The notes under the pieces are model-generated. The model ran no database searches. It was not told the origin of the DNA and saw only the letters and a program-made list of their open reading frames with translations. Shown piece after piece: positions 10,983-24,619 of a stretch of 48,410 nt of DNA. Origin of the DNA: Octopus bimaculoides (lineage: Eukaryota); the NCBI RefSeq assembly GCF_001194135.2, contig NC_068981.1, positions 68,897,992-68,946,401 on the forward strand, read 5' to 3'. The translations under genes and the position numbers were made by a program. Each line of letters begins with the position of its first letter. Positions within the stretch are counted from its first letter, which is position 1.

Positions 10983-13900
10983 NNNNNNNNNNNNNNNNNN
11001 NNNNNNNNNNNNNNNNNNNNNNNNNNNNNNNNNNNATATGCTTACATTTACGGTCTGATACTAATTTAAGTGCTTGCTGTAACTGAAATTTCTATGATGT
11101 TCTTAATGCATACATGAACCATAAACCATAAAATTTGGGCAAATTTGTATGAGGAGGAGACGTTAAAATTGCATCAGAAACCATACATATTACACTTAGC
11201 GTATGCATCTGTAAAATTTGTAAAACATTACTTTCAACTTTCACATATCGGAGGTGGCTATGAAAAGCTGAACTGGTGAAGTATTGTACGGAGAAGGACA
11301 CTGTGAGTATAATTATATTCTATAAAGACATATGCAGTCATAGATATAATTTTAAAATATATTAATATTACTTAAGCAAATGAAATAAAATACTGTTAAA
11401 TACAGAGAATTTATTCTCAAAAATCTGAAACTGCAAAAGAGTCTCATCTGTACTTTGCAATGAGTAAATTTATATTTCATCCAAAGCAGCTCTCTTCTGA
11501 TATCATTTGCAGTGATATTTATGTAAATGATAGGAATATATATTAGAATTTGACTTTGGTTTTCTTCTGATATCCGATAACAGATCATTGATTTATATAT
11601 GAAAAATCGTTAAAGCGCCTAGATAACACAAAACTGACATTATATATTTCATGCGGCCGTTCCACGTACGTTGAACATTAACACTGATCAAGGATAAGTG
11701 GTAAACCTCTTAGTAAGAAGGAAGTTGGACATGATTTCCAACTCTAGTGAAAGCTTTCCCCACTTTTTTTTTTTTTCCACACAATAAAGGTGTTTGATAT
11801 TGCAAAGTTCCAACAAAGCACAGTTAATATTATTTACTTTTAAATAGGTTGATCATTTATTAAATGAAATGTGATGTGCATTTCTTAGGTTTAATCGATG
11901 GAAGAACACTTAGATCTCTAAGCGATAACAATGAGTTTCGGCAGGAAAGAAAAGAATAAGAAATGCATACTGCCTATTGTATGGCAATGACCTTACACAA
12001 AAGAAATATTATTTAAATATTATTGTATTCTGTTTTTTTTTTTACTGCTATTTTAACAAAGGACTGCCACTCTCTATGTTTTGGAAGCGTGAGTTAAGGA
12101 AGGCAATTTCACAGCATTTTCTGAATACAAACCATTTATATTGTAACAAAAATATTTGCCAGTTTAGTGAAAAATAACTATAATTATGTACCCACATAGG
12201 TAATTAAGGTGGTCATTCGTTCTCCTTCATTTAATAGCTATAATGTGTCAAGGTTCAAGGTTTACGAAAGAAAACATTGTATATTGTGATATTATTCTTA
12301 ATAAGGTTGAGATGCTTTTGATCTCAGATTTTTTTTAATCATTATATATCTAGGGATAAACAGCTGCAACAGTCTAGCAATCAACAGTTGAATATTATTA
12401 TAGAAGCTTAAAGCAATATTACACTGAATTAAATAAATTACGTTATTACGTTTCTCGTTTCCGTATTCTAATTTCATATCTTACCGAGGTTAACTTCACT
12501 TTTCTGTAAAGTGGCATTGAAAGATTTGGTATGAATGAAATAGACACTGCAAATATTAGGAAATACTATTTTGTCTTTTTTACAGAGGATTCAGAAGTTA
12601 AATGTATTATAAATACATGAAAGCTTAAGTGGTTAAATATTTTGTAATAGTATTTGCATCCATAATAGTATATCATTTAAATATACAATACGCACTGGAA
12701 AATTAATGCAAATGGTATTGAATATAGCTGAAGTTAAACTTGCTTGCTGTGATTGCATACATTTAGCTTTCCTTACTCTGATCAATTCGTTTCAGTCATT
12801 TGCTGCTTATATCGTATAGTAATTTCGGTTTCCAATTTAATTATTGTTAAGTAATTTATTCAATTGTCCTTCTGAAATGGATGTCCGATTTAATCTATTA
12901 ACATTAATTTATCGTTCGTGATTTTATAGAGTTGACATTTCGCTCTGTAACAATTCCTGTGAATGCAGTAATCGGTTTACCGCAAGGGGAACATGGAAGC
13001 GACTATTGTTTTGTTATTGTGAAGTACTTCTTTCTTTAGAAAACTTTAAGGATTACCATAAATGTTGCATAACATAAATCAGTTACACAGTTACATATTA
13101 TACTTTATCTCCTTGCCAATATACTTTCGCGAGAATTATGCAGGATAAAATTATTTAATGAATTATTTAGAAAAGTATTGCTGCACAGTTTGTTTGGTTT
13201 GTTATATTTCGAACGCAAAAACAGTTCGATATTTTTCATCTCAAACATTTTAATGCTGGAGGATATCGTTCATACACCCAAGTGTGTATATACGAATAAA
13301 CACAAACCGCATATAGTATACTGTTTGGAATCAATGTGTAAATATTCATAGTAGGGGAATGTTCTACATACGTATATACATCTAATATGAATTCATCTGT
13401 ATATTAATATTAAGATTTACCTTTATACTCTGTATATCCCATATTGTAATGAAACCCTGGTAACACAGAATTAAAATGGCAGCACATTCATTTTGGTTTA
13501 AAATACACATACCCTGCTAATATTATAATTTACGAAGACTCTCAACTCAAACGTATTCTTTCTCGTTTAAAATAAAACAGCTAAATACATACTAGATTAC
13601 TGATACACGCAAATCTGTTTCATCAGGACAGAACTTGTGCTATAATTCCTTCTCTATAGAATGAAGGATTGCCCATATAACACATAAAACTTCCGTGTCC
13701 CAAATTTATTTATACTTATACAGTTTCACAATTACCTTCACTTTACACGTGAAGTTTGGCCTGACGAAGTATTGCAAACTAGTCCAATGGATTTAGAAAT
13801 ACAGTTCCCGGGAGGAAAGAAAGTTCTTGGTCACCACTTCTGTCCAAGTACATTTATATACAAATTTAATTATAACTTTACATACAGACGCACACGAAAT

Positions 13901-15877
13901 ATATATATCCGTTGTATACTTTAACTACAGAAAGAAAAAAATCACGCTCCTTAAAGTATTTATATGCAATGAATTATGCTTATTATATTTCTTTGTACAA
14001 AATGATGTAGAAAAATATAAGAGCAAATGTGTACTAGCCTCCGAATATTAGCAGAACAGCTCTCGTTTGTTAAATGATGATTGTTTGCAATTAACTGAGC
14101 GAGATGATTTAAGACAGGTACTTTTATATTTAACGTACTCAATATACCATATATTTTCATTCTTAAATATGTATTTAATCCGGTAATTTATTTTGTCTCG
14201 TTACATTCAACATTATAATAATGAAACACGTTCAGAATGTTTAGTTCTCGTGAATGTTTAGCTCAGTCAGGTGAAATACGACTCTCGGTGAATTAGTGTA
14301 TTGCGGTCCATGTATTCGGCAGGGACGTGAAATTTCCGCGCAATCCTTATTCGTGCGTCAGGCTTTCTTTGAGTGGTTCCTTCAATTTAAGGTATCATCC
14401 ATCAGGCGGGCTTTTAGCCAACTTATAGATATATATATAACAATGTGTATATATCTATATATGTATACATATATATGATTTAGTCTTTTAGCTAGGTAAT
14501 ATCAACCGCAAAATATATGAATCGATTAGAACTTACAGAACATTTAGAACGTTTCACTTACCCAAGAGATTTGCATTAAATTACAAAGGGTATGTTGTAA
14601 TATAGATAGTAAATATATGCGGGATATTCACTGAAACTACTATACTCGCTTCCAAAATGAATAAGTGTCGCTCCATTGTTGTCAAACGCTGTGGGGTGAG
14701 CGATTCAATTTTATGTGGCATTTGCAGTGAATACAGAAAAAAAAAGAAACACGGTTTTGGTTATTGGTAGCATTTTTCCTTTTTTTTTTTTTTGTAATTT
14801 GTAAAGTTCAGAAAACGTTAGTTGTATAGAATTAGACATACATCCATATAGTTTTCTGTACTGTATTTGAATTCAATTAGTTTAATATCAATATATGCAA
14901 TGTAAAACATTGCATTGTGTTCATGCATAACAAAACTGAAAAGATAACTAAATAAACACAATGTTCATCGTATAATTTCCAAATTCTTCAACTCTATTTA
15001 AGTAACAAATTGAAGAAACATGCTAAGGGAAAGCTTCTGCTATTACAAAATACCTTTGGGTTAAAGTTCTGCAGTAAAATAGCGTTAAAATCCAAATATC
15101 AACAGCATAATAAATAAATATCAACCGCTTATCATAAATAAAAGGTTTCTAACAGGGAAGGAAATGTCAGAAAATGATAAATATAAATTCGGATCTAGAA
15201 TAGCTGGTTTCATCGGCACAGCTCTATTCATACCGCACGCGGTGTTCAATTACGTTATTCTTTTTCAAATCTCAGCGGATGACTTTTATACATAATAGAA
15301 ATTAACTCCTCTTGTATATTCAGAACGATATAATACTATCTCTATTCAGCTGCAAATAAATGGTATTTATTTTATAAATGATGCACACGTATTTTGTTTT
15401 TCTAATAGGCATAAGAGATTCTGAAGTATGGAGATTATATATGAGGTTGTGATAACTGTTCCTCTGGCAAAGTGTTTCTACGTTACTTCGACCTGTAATC
15501 ATAAATTGTTTGTGCCATTATCAACGAAGGCGCCTGTAAGCGATCATAGTTTCTGCTGTAAATGGCTGGGAAATTTACATAGGTTAACTTTCTACCAACT
15601 TCAAAATAAGTGACACTTGTGCTCAAGAATCCATGTAAATTTAGTCTGAGGCGACGGCGATCTGTACGCATCTATGAATATATATGTTTGTGTGTATGTG
15701 TGTATGTGTGTATGTCGCGCGCGTGTGTGCAGTTATTACCGCGCATGTATGAATACGTACAATATCAGCACACGCTCATTCTCACATACAAACATGCTCA
15801 TATATTTACATGCACCGATAAAACATTGCTCATACACATAGTCTTCTATGTCTGTCATTTATATGCTATTCATATAC

Positions 15878-15926
<49 letters not shown>

Positions 15927-16047
15927 CACNNNNNNNNNNNNNNNNNNNNNNNNNNNNNNNNNNNNNNNNNNNNNNNNNNNNNNNNNNNNNNNNNNNNNNN
16001 NNNNNNNNNNNNNNNNNNNNNNNNNNNNNNNNNNNNNNNNNNNNNNN

Positions 16048-16078
<31 letters not shown>

Positions 16079-17599
16079 ATACTTAGTTACTGCAGGTGAG
16101 TGTAAGAAGAATATTTCCATGTCAAGTGTTAGCAAATCAGAATCGTTTAATGGTTTTTTACTGCTTCCTGGATGAAGGATTAGTTAAAATAAATCTTCTT
16201 ATATTGGATTAACTTATGTATGCAATCCTAATCAAGTAATTTCAGTAGTTAACACCTTTACGTAATGTAAACAAATCATTTGTTACGTTTGTTACTCCTA
16301 TGTGCCCAATGCAATTTCATACTCACAGTCTCAAATGACCGAACTACTCATTACAATTAATATATACATATATAAATATATATATATATATATAATGTCT
16401 TACGTTTAAGATGATTGCCATGCTTTACCTGATGAGAAGGTTACAACATTAATATCAAAGATCCCTATGGATCACACAGGTTGTAATCCTTTGAAACATA
16501 TGTAGGAATAAAGTATGCAATTATAACATGCGTTTTCTCCAATCCTTAAATTCTTAAATATATGCAAATACCCAAAATTTAAAGGAGTTCCTGCCTTAAA
16601 AACAGGAACTAAACAACAGTTATTTTGTGTTCTTTGCTACACTGGTTTCTATTAACCCATTTATTCTATCAGAAGAATTTTTATTCATTAAGATAGAAGA
16701 AATACACTTAATTATATATNNNNNNNNNNNNNNNNNNNNNNNNNNNNNNNNNNNNNNNNNNNNNNNNNNNNNNNNNNNNNNNNNNNNNNNNNNNNNNNNN
16801 NNNNNNNNNNNNNNNNNNNNNNNNNNNNNNNNNNNNNNNNNNNNNNNNNNNNNNNNNNNNNNNNNNNNNNNNNNNNNNNNNNNNNNNNNNNNNNNNNNNN
16901 NNNNNNNNNNNNNNNNNNNNNNNNNNNNNNNNNNNNNNNNNNNNNNNNNNNNNNNNNNNNNNNNNNNNNNNNNNNNNNNNNNNNNNNNNNNNNNNNNNNN
17001 NNNNNNNNNNNNNNNNNNNNNNNNNNNNNNNNNNNNNNNNNNNNNNNNNNNNNNNNNNNNNNNNNNNNNNNNNNNNNNNNNNNNNNNNNNNNNNNNNNNN
17101 NNNNNNNNNNNNNNNNNNNNNNNNNNNNNNNNNNNNNNNNNNNNNNNNNNNNNNNNNNNNNNNNNNNNNNNNNNNNNNNNNNNNNNNNNNNNNNNNNNNN
17201 NNNNNNNNNNNNNNNNNNNNNNNNNNNNNNNNNNNNNNNNNNNNNNNNNNNNNNNNNNNNNNNNNNNNNNNNNNNNNNNNNNNNNNNNNNNNNNNNNNNN
17301 NNNNNNNNNNNNNNNNNNNNNNNNNNNNNNNNNNNNNNNNNNNNNNNNNNNNNNNNNNNNNNNNNNNNNNNNNNNNNNNNNNNNNNNNNNNNNNNNNNNN
17401 NNNNNNNNNNNNNNNNNNNNNNNNNNNNNNNNNNNNNNNNNNNNNNNNNATATATATATATATATAGTAATCTATCTATCTATCGATCTATCTATCTATC
17501 TATCTATCTATATATTTATGTGAAGGGAAAACTCACTTGATTTTTTATATGCTCAGCTCGGTAATGTATATGACACATGCGCTTGCGCTTATGCACCAT

Positions 17600-19681
17600 G
17601 CTGCACTCCTGTTGTAGGAATCAACAGTAGTCACCCATCACGTGTGGATTGAACCGGCCTTGATACCTCTTTTCCATCTGCGATATGTCCTGGTGGAACC
17701 GATTGCCATGCTCATCATTAACGGGACTAAAATTCGTTGGAAAAATATGATATGAAAATACAAGAAGTGCTTCTTGTGCGTTTGGAACAGCCGCGACGAC
17801 AGAAATCATTACACTGTAAAAGACTAACCGAAAAGAGATGTGTGCATAATCATTCGGTGCAATGTGCAGCATATGCCACTGGTAAACCCTCAAAACATAT
17901 TCCTTCCACCCCTTCCCATTTTTTCATACGTCGTTAGCATGTTGTTTATTATATCCCCATATTTTTCAGCTCTGTTATTTCCACGAAAGTTCTGTACAAC
18001 TAACAAGAAGGAATCTCATGCCGTCAGCTCAACTGTATTCAGTTTACCTCGGAATTTGCTATCAGATATCAATTCTCTGATGTCGGGTACAATGAAAATG
18101 CTTGCTTTCAATTTTGATTCACTGTTCTCTGCACTAAATTTTATATTTAGGTACTGGAAGCTACCAGAATCGTGTGTCATTGCTTTTCAAAAGCTCTTCA
18201 TGAGGCCGAATTTGGTGTGAAGGGGTGGAAGGAATATGTTTTGAGGGTTTACCAGTGGCATATGCTGCACATTGCACCGAATGATTATGCACACATCTCT
18301 TTTCGGTTAGTCTTTTACAGTGTAATGATTTCTGTCGTCGCGGCTGTTCCAAACGCACAAGAAGCACATATTTGCGCTATATCCCAGCTGAAGTCCTAGG
18401 AGAAGGAAAATTACCTTTAAGTCACCACAAATATTCCATTTATGAACTGAGTAATTAACTCCTTTCAGAATGAGTTCCATCGATTTATACGTTTGTTCCA
18501 TACCGACAACATGACTCACAGGATTGGAAGGTCTTTCTTTATCATTATGTAATAACACAGTTTTGATGCTAACCTAACTCGAGTCTATAAAAAATCTCCA
18601 TTCGTTAGCCGCATGCACGTGTCCTTTTTTTTTTTGCATGGGTGCATTAATGTCAGTACAGACAAAAGTAGTAGATTTCCTTTCTTGAAAAATACAGATA
18701 TGCCTTCATGGAGGGAAGGAACCCCAAACTTCTCTTTTCGCCTTTGACAATACTAGGTCTCACTAAATCATTCATTTTTCTTAGAATCAGCTACGTACGC
18801 TTCATCGAAAGGAGGGTCAGGGGTTCATCGTGTGACGTGTCAATGTCTACAAGTGAATCTTGTGAGAAGGAAACTGGGACAAGGTTCTCGAAATCACGTT
18901 AGACCGGTTTAGAGGTGACTTAGAATCTGCATACACAATTTGTGCTCTGGTTTTCTTTAAGAAACCACTAATATTAGTCATGCAAAAGTAACAATCAGAG
19001 ACATTATTGGTTGGCTCACGTCATGTCGCTGGTACAGCAAAAGCATTCCCTTCCGTTTTCCATTCAGCCACTGTGTAAGCCCGAAGTAATACACGATGCA
19101 TCGTATATGTGGTGCCCATCTCTTGTCTGGTCCCCAACATCACACCTAAAATAATATTTACAAATAGTTTTTAATTTAGTGGCAATGTTCTTTTGCCAGT
19201 CACACGGAACAAGTTTTCCACAGATATAACTAAATTTGTCTTTGTGATTCTCACACCCTCTCCTATTCATGACCTAATACAACGAACACAGTTAAAACTG
19301 TAATCACGTAGAGCGAGAAATACATACACTACAGATAACGCAGCGTAAATGACACCGAAAGTTACCACGAACAAACTGACGCATTTGGCACTTGCACACT
19401 ACACGTCAGCGCCATCTAATGCTAAACTGAGTAATGAAATGTGTCATCGTTTGTTTTATTGCTGTCATTTCTTTAAGTTTGAATTAAAACCGCTTTCATG
19501 TTGTCAAATTTTATAATACGGCCTATATCTCACCGAAAGTATAATTATAATCTTTAGCACACGCATAACTCAAACTTTTGACGTGCTAGAATAATTCTGA
19601 ATGCGGATTCAGAATCAGCATCCTCCATTAAGTCTAAAACACGTGCTTTTACCACAGTAGCAAAATCTTTGTTGTCCAGTG
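17600..19681 (-). mobile_element. Chapaev3-like (CMC/Transib-RAG1-related) DNA transposon, defective
   Basis: Fragmented minus-strand transposase: MNRRGCENHKDKFSYICG...GDQ (19270-19064), EWRFFIDSS (~18584), WNICGDLKVIFLLLGLQLGYSANMCFLCVWNSR (18440-18340), PLVNPQNIFLPPLHTKFGLMK, and DEHGNRFHQDISQMEKRYQG...MGDYC (17720-17621). The 5' terminus CACTGGACAAC at 19681 is preceded by TTA. The 3' terminus was not identified. Confidence 0.8.
17767..18367. repeat. Perfect 149-bp inverted repeat (arms 17767-17915 and 18219-18367, 303-bp spacer)
   Basis: The arms are exact reverse complements when compared base by base. The ORF track shows the same peptide (LLVRLEQPRRQKSLHCKR...) on both strands. Confidence 0.95.
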
Positions 19682-21349
19682 TAATCGGACGATGCTAAAT
19701 TTTTGAAACATATTCCCAATGTTGTCCGCAAAATGAACCGTTGCAATAACACTACAATTTCTAATACTATTTGTTCTTCGGGGCACTTTTTAGCAAGTTA
19801 GATATTGTATTGTGTTTATTAAATATGTTAGTACTGAATTCATTGTATACTTTAGTAGGGTTCCCTCAATGTGTCAACCCTATTCATGGTGCACCATTGC
19901 TACGTTGGTGTAATATATGTACCCACTGCATGTCATTCCCATTTACGTTGGTTTCATAAATGACATTTCTTATAATATATAATTCATTAGGAAGATGAGA
20001 TTCCAAGTATTGATCGGAACATGCGAGATACTACGCAATGATCTTTGAGATGATAATCCAAGATATTATCCGCCAAATGCAGCTGATGGGACCAGAGATA
20101 CCTTAATACCTTCATATCTTCGTTGAGCCAGAGATAATTTCACAGAGAGCGTAGAGTAAAACAATTCAACACTAAAAGTATTCTTCCCTAAATGTTAGTT
20201 ATAATATATCGACCAAAACAGGTTACTGAACCACAAGACCAGTCCGAAAACTTACTGATTAGCATCACAATAAAATTAAAGAAGGGTGATAGAATATATT
20301 TTGTTCGATTTCATAAGCTGCCTTGATGAAACTGTTCTCAGTTGTCGGTGAAATGTAACGAGACTCAGCAATCCGATGTACAATTTAACATAAGCGTCTT
20401 AAATAATGATATTTGATGTATTTTCTATATCAGCACATCATTCAAAATAACAATACATATTTTCATTACCGAATATCCGATATTATTACATGTCTTAACG
20501 AAATCTGCATTTGGTTGACACCTTTGCAAATTATGTAACGGTGAAATTCCTGTTATAATATGCCACCGAACATAAACAAAATTACACTCTCATACAGATA
20601 CACATATATGTCCTGGAAACACGGATTCACAAACAGAATAACTTTTTATCCTTTCAGTATCGCCTCTTTTTATATTTTTTTATCATACCACAGACGTGTT
20701 ACGTACATGTAACACAAGTAGATAACAATATTCCAATAGGAATATGGTTGGATTTCAGTTTCCTGGTTTTTCTATAATCTGATTAGCACCTAAGTAGCAG
20801 GCTGGTCCAATACATTACTGCTCGAGATTAATAAGTAATATCTAGATTGACTAGGTATAATGTAATACAACTATGCATACCAGTTTTAATAGACAAGACG
20901 AAATATATTTACATTTACAGTACTCAGTAGTAAAGTTGTATATTAAATATTCCATATATAATGCTTCTCGAAGCTAACAATGCCATTAGAAATATATTCA
21001 TGTAATTATCGTTGGTTTGGTTACAGAAGTATCTAATAACATAAAAGATATAACGTTTAATTAAGCTCAGCGTCTGACGAAGAAAAGGTAAATGAATAAA
21101 GTTACACGTCATTAGTTGGTAAACAATATTTGACATCAAATTAGCCATAATCTTTTTTCTGGTATCGATAGTTAATGCATGAGAGATAACAAGGTATGTA
21201 TTTTATATGTGTGTGCTTGTGTGTTTGTGTCTGTGTGCGTAATCATTATTATGTTATTAAAGCAGCAGTTTAATTTTTCCTTGTAAATTATTCTCTTTAT
21301 CACAACGTATTTTCTGTTTAAGCTAACCCATACACCGGTCCTCTGTTTT

Positions 21350-21907
21350 TATTCAGTCCTACTTTGGTTGGACAAGGTCGTCAGAAGACGTTGATGGCGT
21401 GTGTTTGGTGGTCTGGCGCAGGTGTGATCCATTATGATTTCTTTAAACGTGGCTTATCAATAATGACCGAAGTATACTGTAGGCAACTGGATCAAAGCTT
21501 AGAAAGAAGCAGCCTAGATTAAACAACAGATCCACTCTTATTTTAGTGCAAAGCACCGCCAGACCACACAACGCGAAAATTACAGGAGTTGGAGGTTGGA
21601 AGTTGTCCATCATCCACCACACTCACCTGATCTTGCCCCCACTGACTACCACTTCTTCCAGAATATGGATAACTTTTTGAAAGGATAAAATTTAATTCCG
21701 ACAATGATGTAAAACAAGCCTTACAAGATGTTATTGACTCTAGATTGCCAAGCCTTTACAATTCCGGGCTAGACAAGCTACCGCTAAAATGGCATAAATA
21801 CATTGACAATATGGGTGCATACTTTGATAAATAAAATAGTTCATTGTATTTATAAAACATTAGTAAACTATTTTCTTTTCTAAAAATTTCATACTTGACG
21901 ACCTAAT
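21350..21907 (+). mobile_element. mariner (DD34D) transposon, 3' half with right TIR, defective
   Basis: Reads LMACVWWSGAGVIHYDFF...ARPH...HPPHSPDLAPTDYHFF...KLPLKWHKYIDNMGAYFDK* with frameshifts and a stop. It ends in a mariner-like TIR (...TTTCATACTTGACGACCTAAT). Confidence 0.9.
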
Positions 21908-22664
21908 GTGTANNNNNNNNNNNNNNNNNNNNNNNNNNNNNNNNNNNNNNNNNNNNNNNNNNNNNNNNNNNNNNNNNNNNNNNNNNNNNNNNNNNNNNNN
22001 NNNNNNNNNNNNNNNNNNATATATATATATATACATACATATACATACATACGTACACACACAAACAAAGACACACACATACGCACACACACACATATAT
22101 ATATAATCGCATATTTAGGTATGAAAATAACAGTGCGTGGCTATGGTTGGGGATGTTTTTGTAAAATATATTTGAAAAGTAGTTACACTTACAATAGAGA
22201 GAGTGCTAAAACCTTGACATTATCACCTATACACTGATTTCGAAATAAACAACCTGTCAAATGTTATTTGGTATCTCTAAAAAAGATATTATAGACATAT
22301 TTTTTTATTAATATAAAATCTAATTATGCAGATTTCGAGAGTAAACAATAGTTGATATTGATATAAAGATCGGAATACAAACAATAGCAAAGATATCCTT
22401 TATCTTGGCATTTGACAAAGGTAGGAGAAATAGATAAATGTATCCTTAAAGGGGAATCATCCCTGAAATGTATAGAACAAAACCTAATCAATGAAGCTAA
22501 AATAATGCAAAGTTCATGTGAGATACTCATTGACGGTTTCATGCAATTTCAAAAACGCACACGTACTCGGAAACATCGAAGCATACGCCTACGTATACAC
22601 ATACGTGTGCATATATATGTATGTGTGCGTATTTGTATGAGTGGGTGCACACACACACACACAA

Positions 22665-22723
<59 letters not shown>

Positions 22724-23193
22724 NNNNNNNNNNNNNNNNNNNNNNNNNNNNNNNNNNNNNNNNNNNNNNNNNNNNNNNNNNNNNNNNNNNNNNNNNNNNN
22801 NNNNNNNNNNNNNNNNNNNNNNNNNNNNNNNNNNNNNNNNNNNNNNNNNNNNNNNNNNNNNNNNNNNNNNNNNNNNNNNNNNNNNNNNNNNNNNNNNNNN
22901 NNNNNNNNNNNNNNNNNNNNNNNNNNNNNNNNNNNNNNNNNNNNNNNNNNNNNNNNNNNNNNNNNNNNNNNNNNNNNNNNNNNNNNNNNNNNNNNNNNNN
23001 NNNNNNNNNNNNNNNNNNNNNNNNNNNNNNNNNNNNNNNNNNNNNNNNNNNNNNNNNNNNNNNNNNNNNNNNNNNNNNNNNNNNNNNNNNNNNNNNNNNN
23101 NNNNNNNNNNNNNNNNNNNNNNNNNNNNNNNNNNNNNNNNNNNNNNNNNNNNATATATATATATATATATATATAATGACTGCATAGTACAAC

Positions 23194-23266
23194 TAGTTGG
23201 CTGGTGTAATCGGTAACACACTTAGCCGCGTTAACAAAGGGATGAGTGTTCGAGTCCCACACATAC
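23194..23266 (+). pseudogene. tRNA-like sequence (resembles tRNA-Asn GTT); pseudogene or SINE head
   Basis: A-box-like TGGTGTAATCGG, paired D-arm GTGT/ACAC, GTTAA in the anticodon-loop position, and B-box GTTCGAGTCC. The acceptor, anticodon and T stems are imperfect. Confidence 0.55.
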
Positions 23267-23599
23267 GAGAAAGACTATTTTCCGTAGACATTCGCACGGT
23301 GATTGCTTTAAACTTATAAAAAAATATTATTATTATTATTTAAAAGACCATTTGCACCAGAAGCATATATATTCTAGTTATACTTCTATATGTAGCACTT
23401 AGCTTATGCTTGTAGCTTTACTTTTTCACAGAACTCAAAAGTTTTAATATTCCTATATAGTTACTTTCTAATTCTGTGTAAGTGTTAGACATTTTGCCAA
23501 ATAAATTCATCGAAAAAGTAGTAGAATTACCTACATCCGAGAAAATATCCATAGCAGACTTTTGAGGTTAGTAAGATTGCTCCTATTTCAAGACAATTT

Positions 23600-24250
23600 T
23601 CTCTATTTGAAGATTATTACTGTTATTAACATTAGTGTTTCTGATTGCCAAAATTATTAGATCTTCGCTAAAAGGCTTTGTTTTTGTTTTTCTCTTTCTT
23701 CATCTGAAGTTTCTTTTCTTAATTAAAATCCCGACTTGGTACTGTATGTTTACCGGTTTGATAATATATCGGCAGCGTCAAGCATAGTTTCAATATCATC
23801 AGTATGAAATATTCGATTTTTTTACGTATATCGCGCACTTCTAATTGGACTATGCGGTCAGTAGATATTCTACTTCAGTAATATATAGAAATATTGTGGT
23901 GGGTAGCAGCGATGACATTTCCAGAGAAGCTCTAGGCGTTGACAAATACGATGTAGCTGGTGTATTTCGTAGGACGTTCCGGCTCTTAACTACCATGGAT
24001 AATTTCAGAAATCCCTTGCCTGATACTGCTACCAAGGAGCACTGCCTGCTGGAGATAAACTTAAAGTTATCCTGGATCGTCTCATCGTGCCCATTGATCT
24101 GTGAACAATTATTTGCACTTTGAACGTTAAACTCTTAAGATCGTTCTTTACACATTCCATGCCAGAATGACGGAGATCTCAAGAATGATGACCGACAGGT
24201 GGCGCACTTCTCTTTGTCTGTAACTTATTACCACTCCCCACTGCTTAGTG
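23600..24250 (-). mobile_element. Highly decayed LINE (RTE-like) APE endonuclease region
   Basis: Frameshifted motifs occur in APE order: VIIL(G)DL, NG, QL.RI/FVN, STDRIV (cf. GDLN...NG...QLDYI...SDHRIV). The similarity is weak and judged by eye. Confidence 0.4.
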
Positions 24251-24531
24251 GTAGTAGTATACGATTATATGTCTGTACAAATGTGTTCTTAGTCCAAAAG
24301 ATTGGAGAAACTAATTGCCAAATACATCTATGCCTTCTAGTCAGTTTAAGCAAATGTTATACATTAAAAAAAAAACATTCAAGAATTAGCAACTTTTGAG
24401 CATATAAAGAAACTAACAAACTTGAAGATGATTCGAAGCTGAGCGTTACAGGCGCCATAACAACAGAAATGATGAGTAGAAAGATAAGGCGCGTGAGGGG
24501 AATGAGGAAGATGAGGTTGAAGACGTTGGTG

Positions 24532-24587
<56 letters not shown>

Positions 24588-24588
24588 G

Positions 24589-24619
<31 letters not shown>

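Noticed and set aside
13760-13810. CTGACGA…GAAA as a hammerhead (also 16418 and 21075)
   Set aside because: No stem II/III pairing consistent with the fold.
14562-14630. Minus-strand segment with good acceptor and donor (TTGG|gtaagt)
   Set aside because: Stops in all three frames.
16090-16102. Plus-strand CTGCAG|GTGAGT as a recursive splice site
   Set aside because: No polypyrimidine tract upstream; it adjoins a (TA)n tract and gap.
20315-20370. TTGATGA-AACTG…GAAA hammerhead-like motif after a possible Penelope GIY-YIG tail
   Set aside because: The first core base is altered and no stem III or UH triplet can be formed convincingly; the upstream peptide similarity is marginal.
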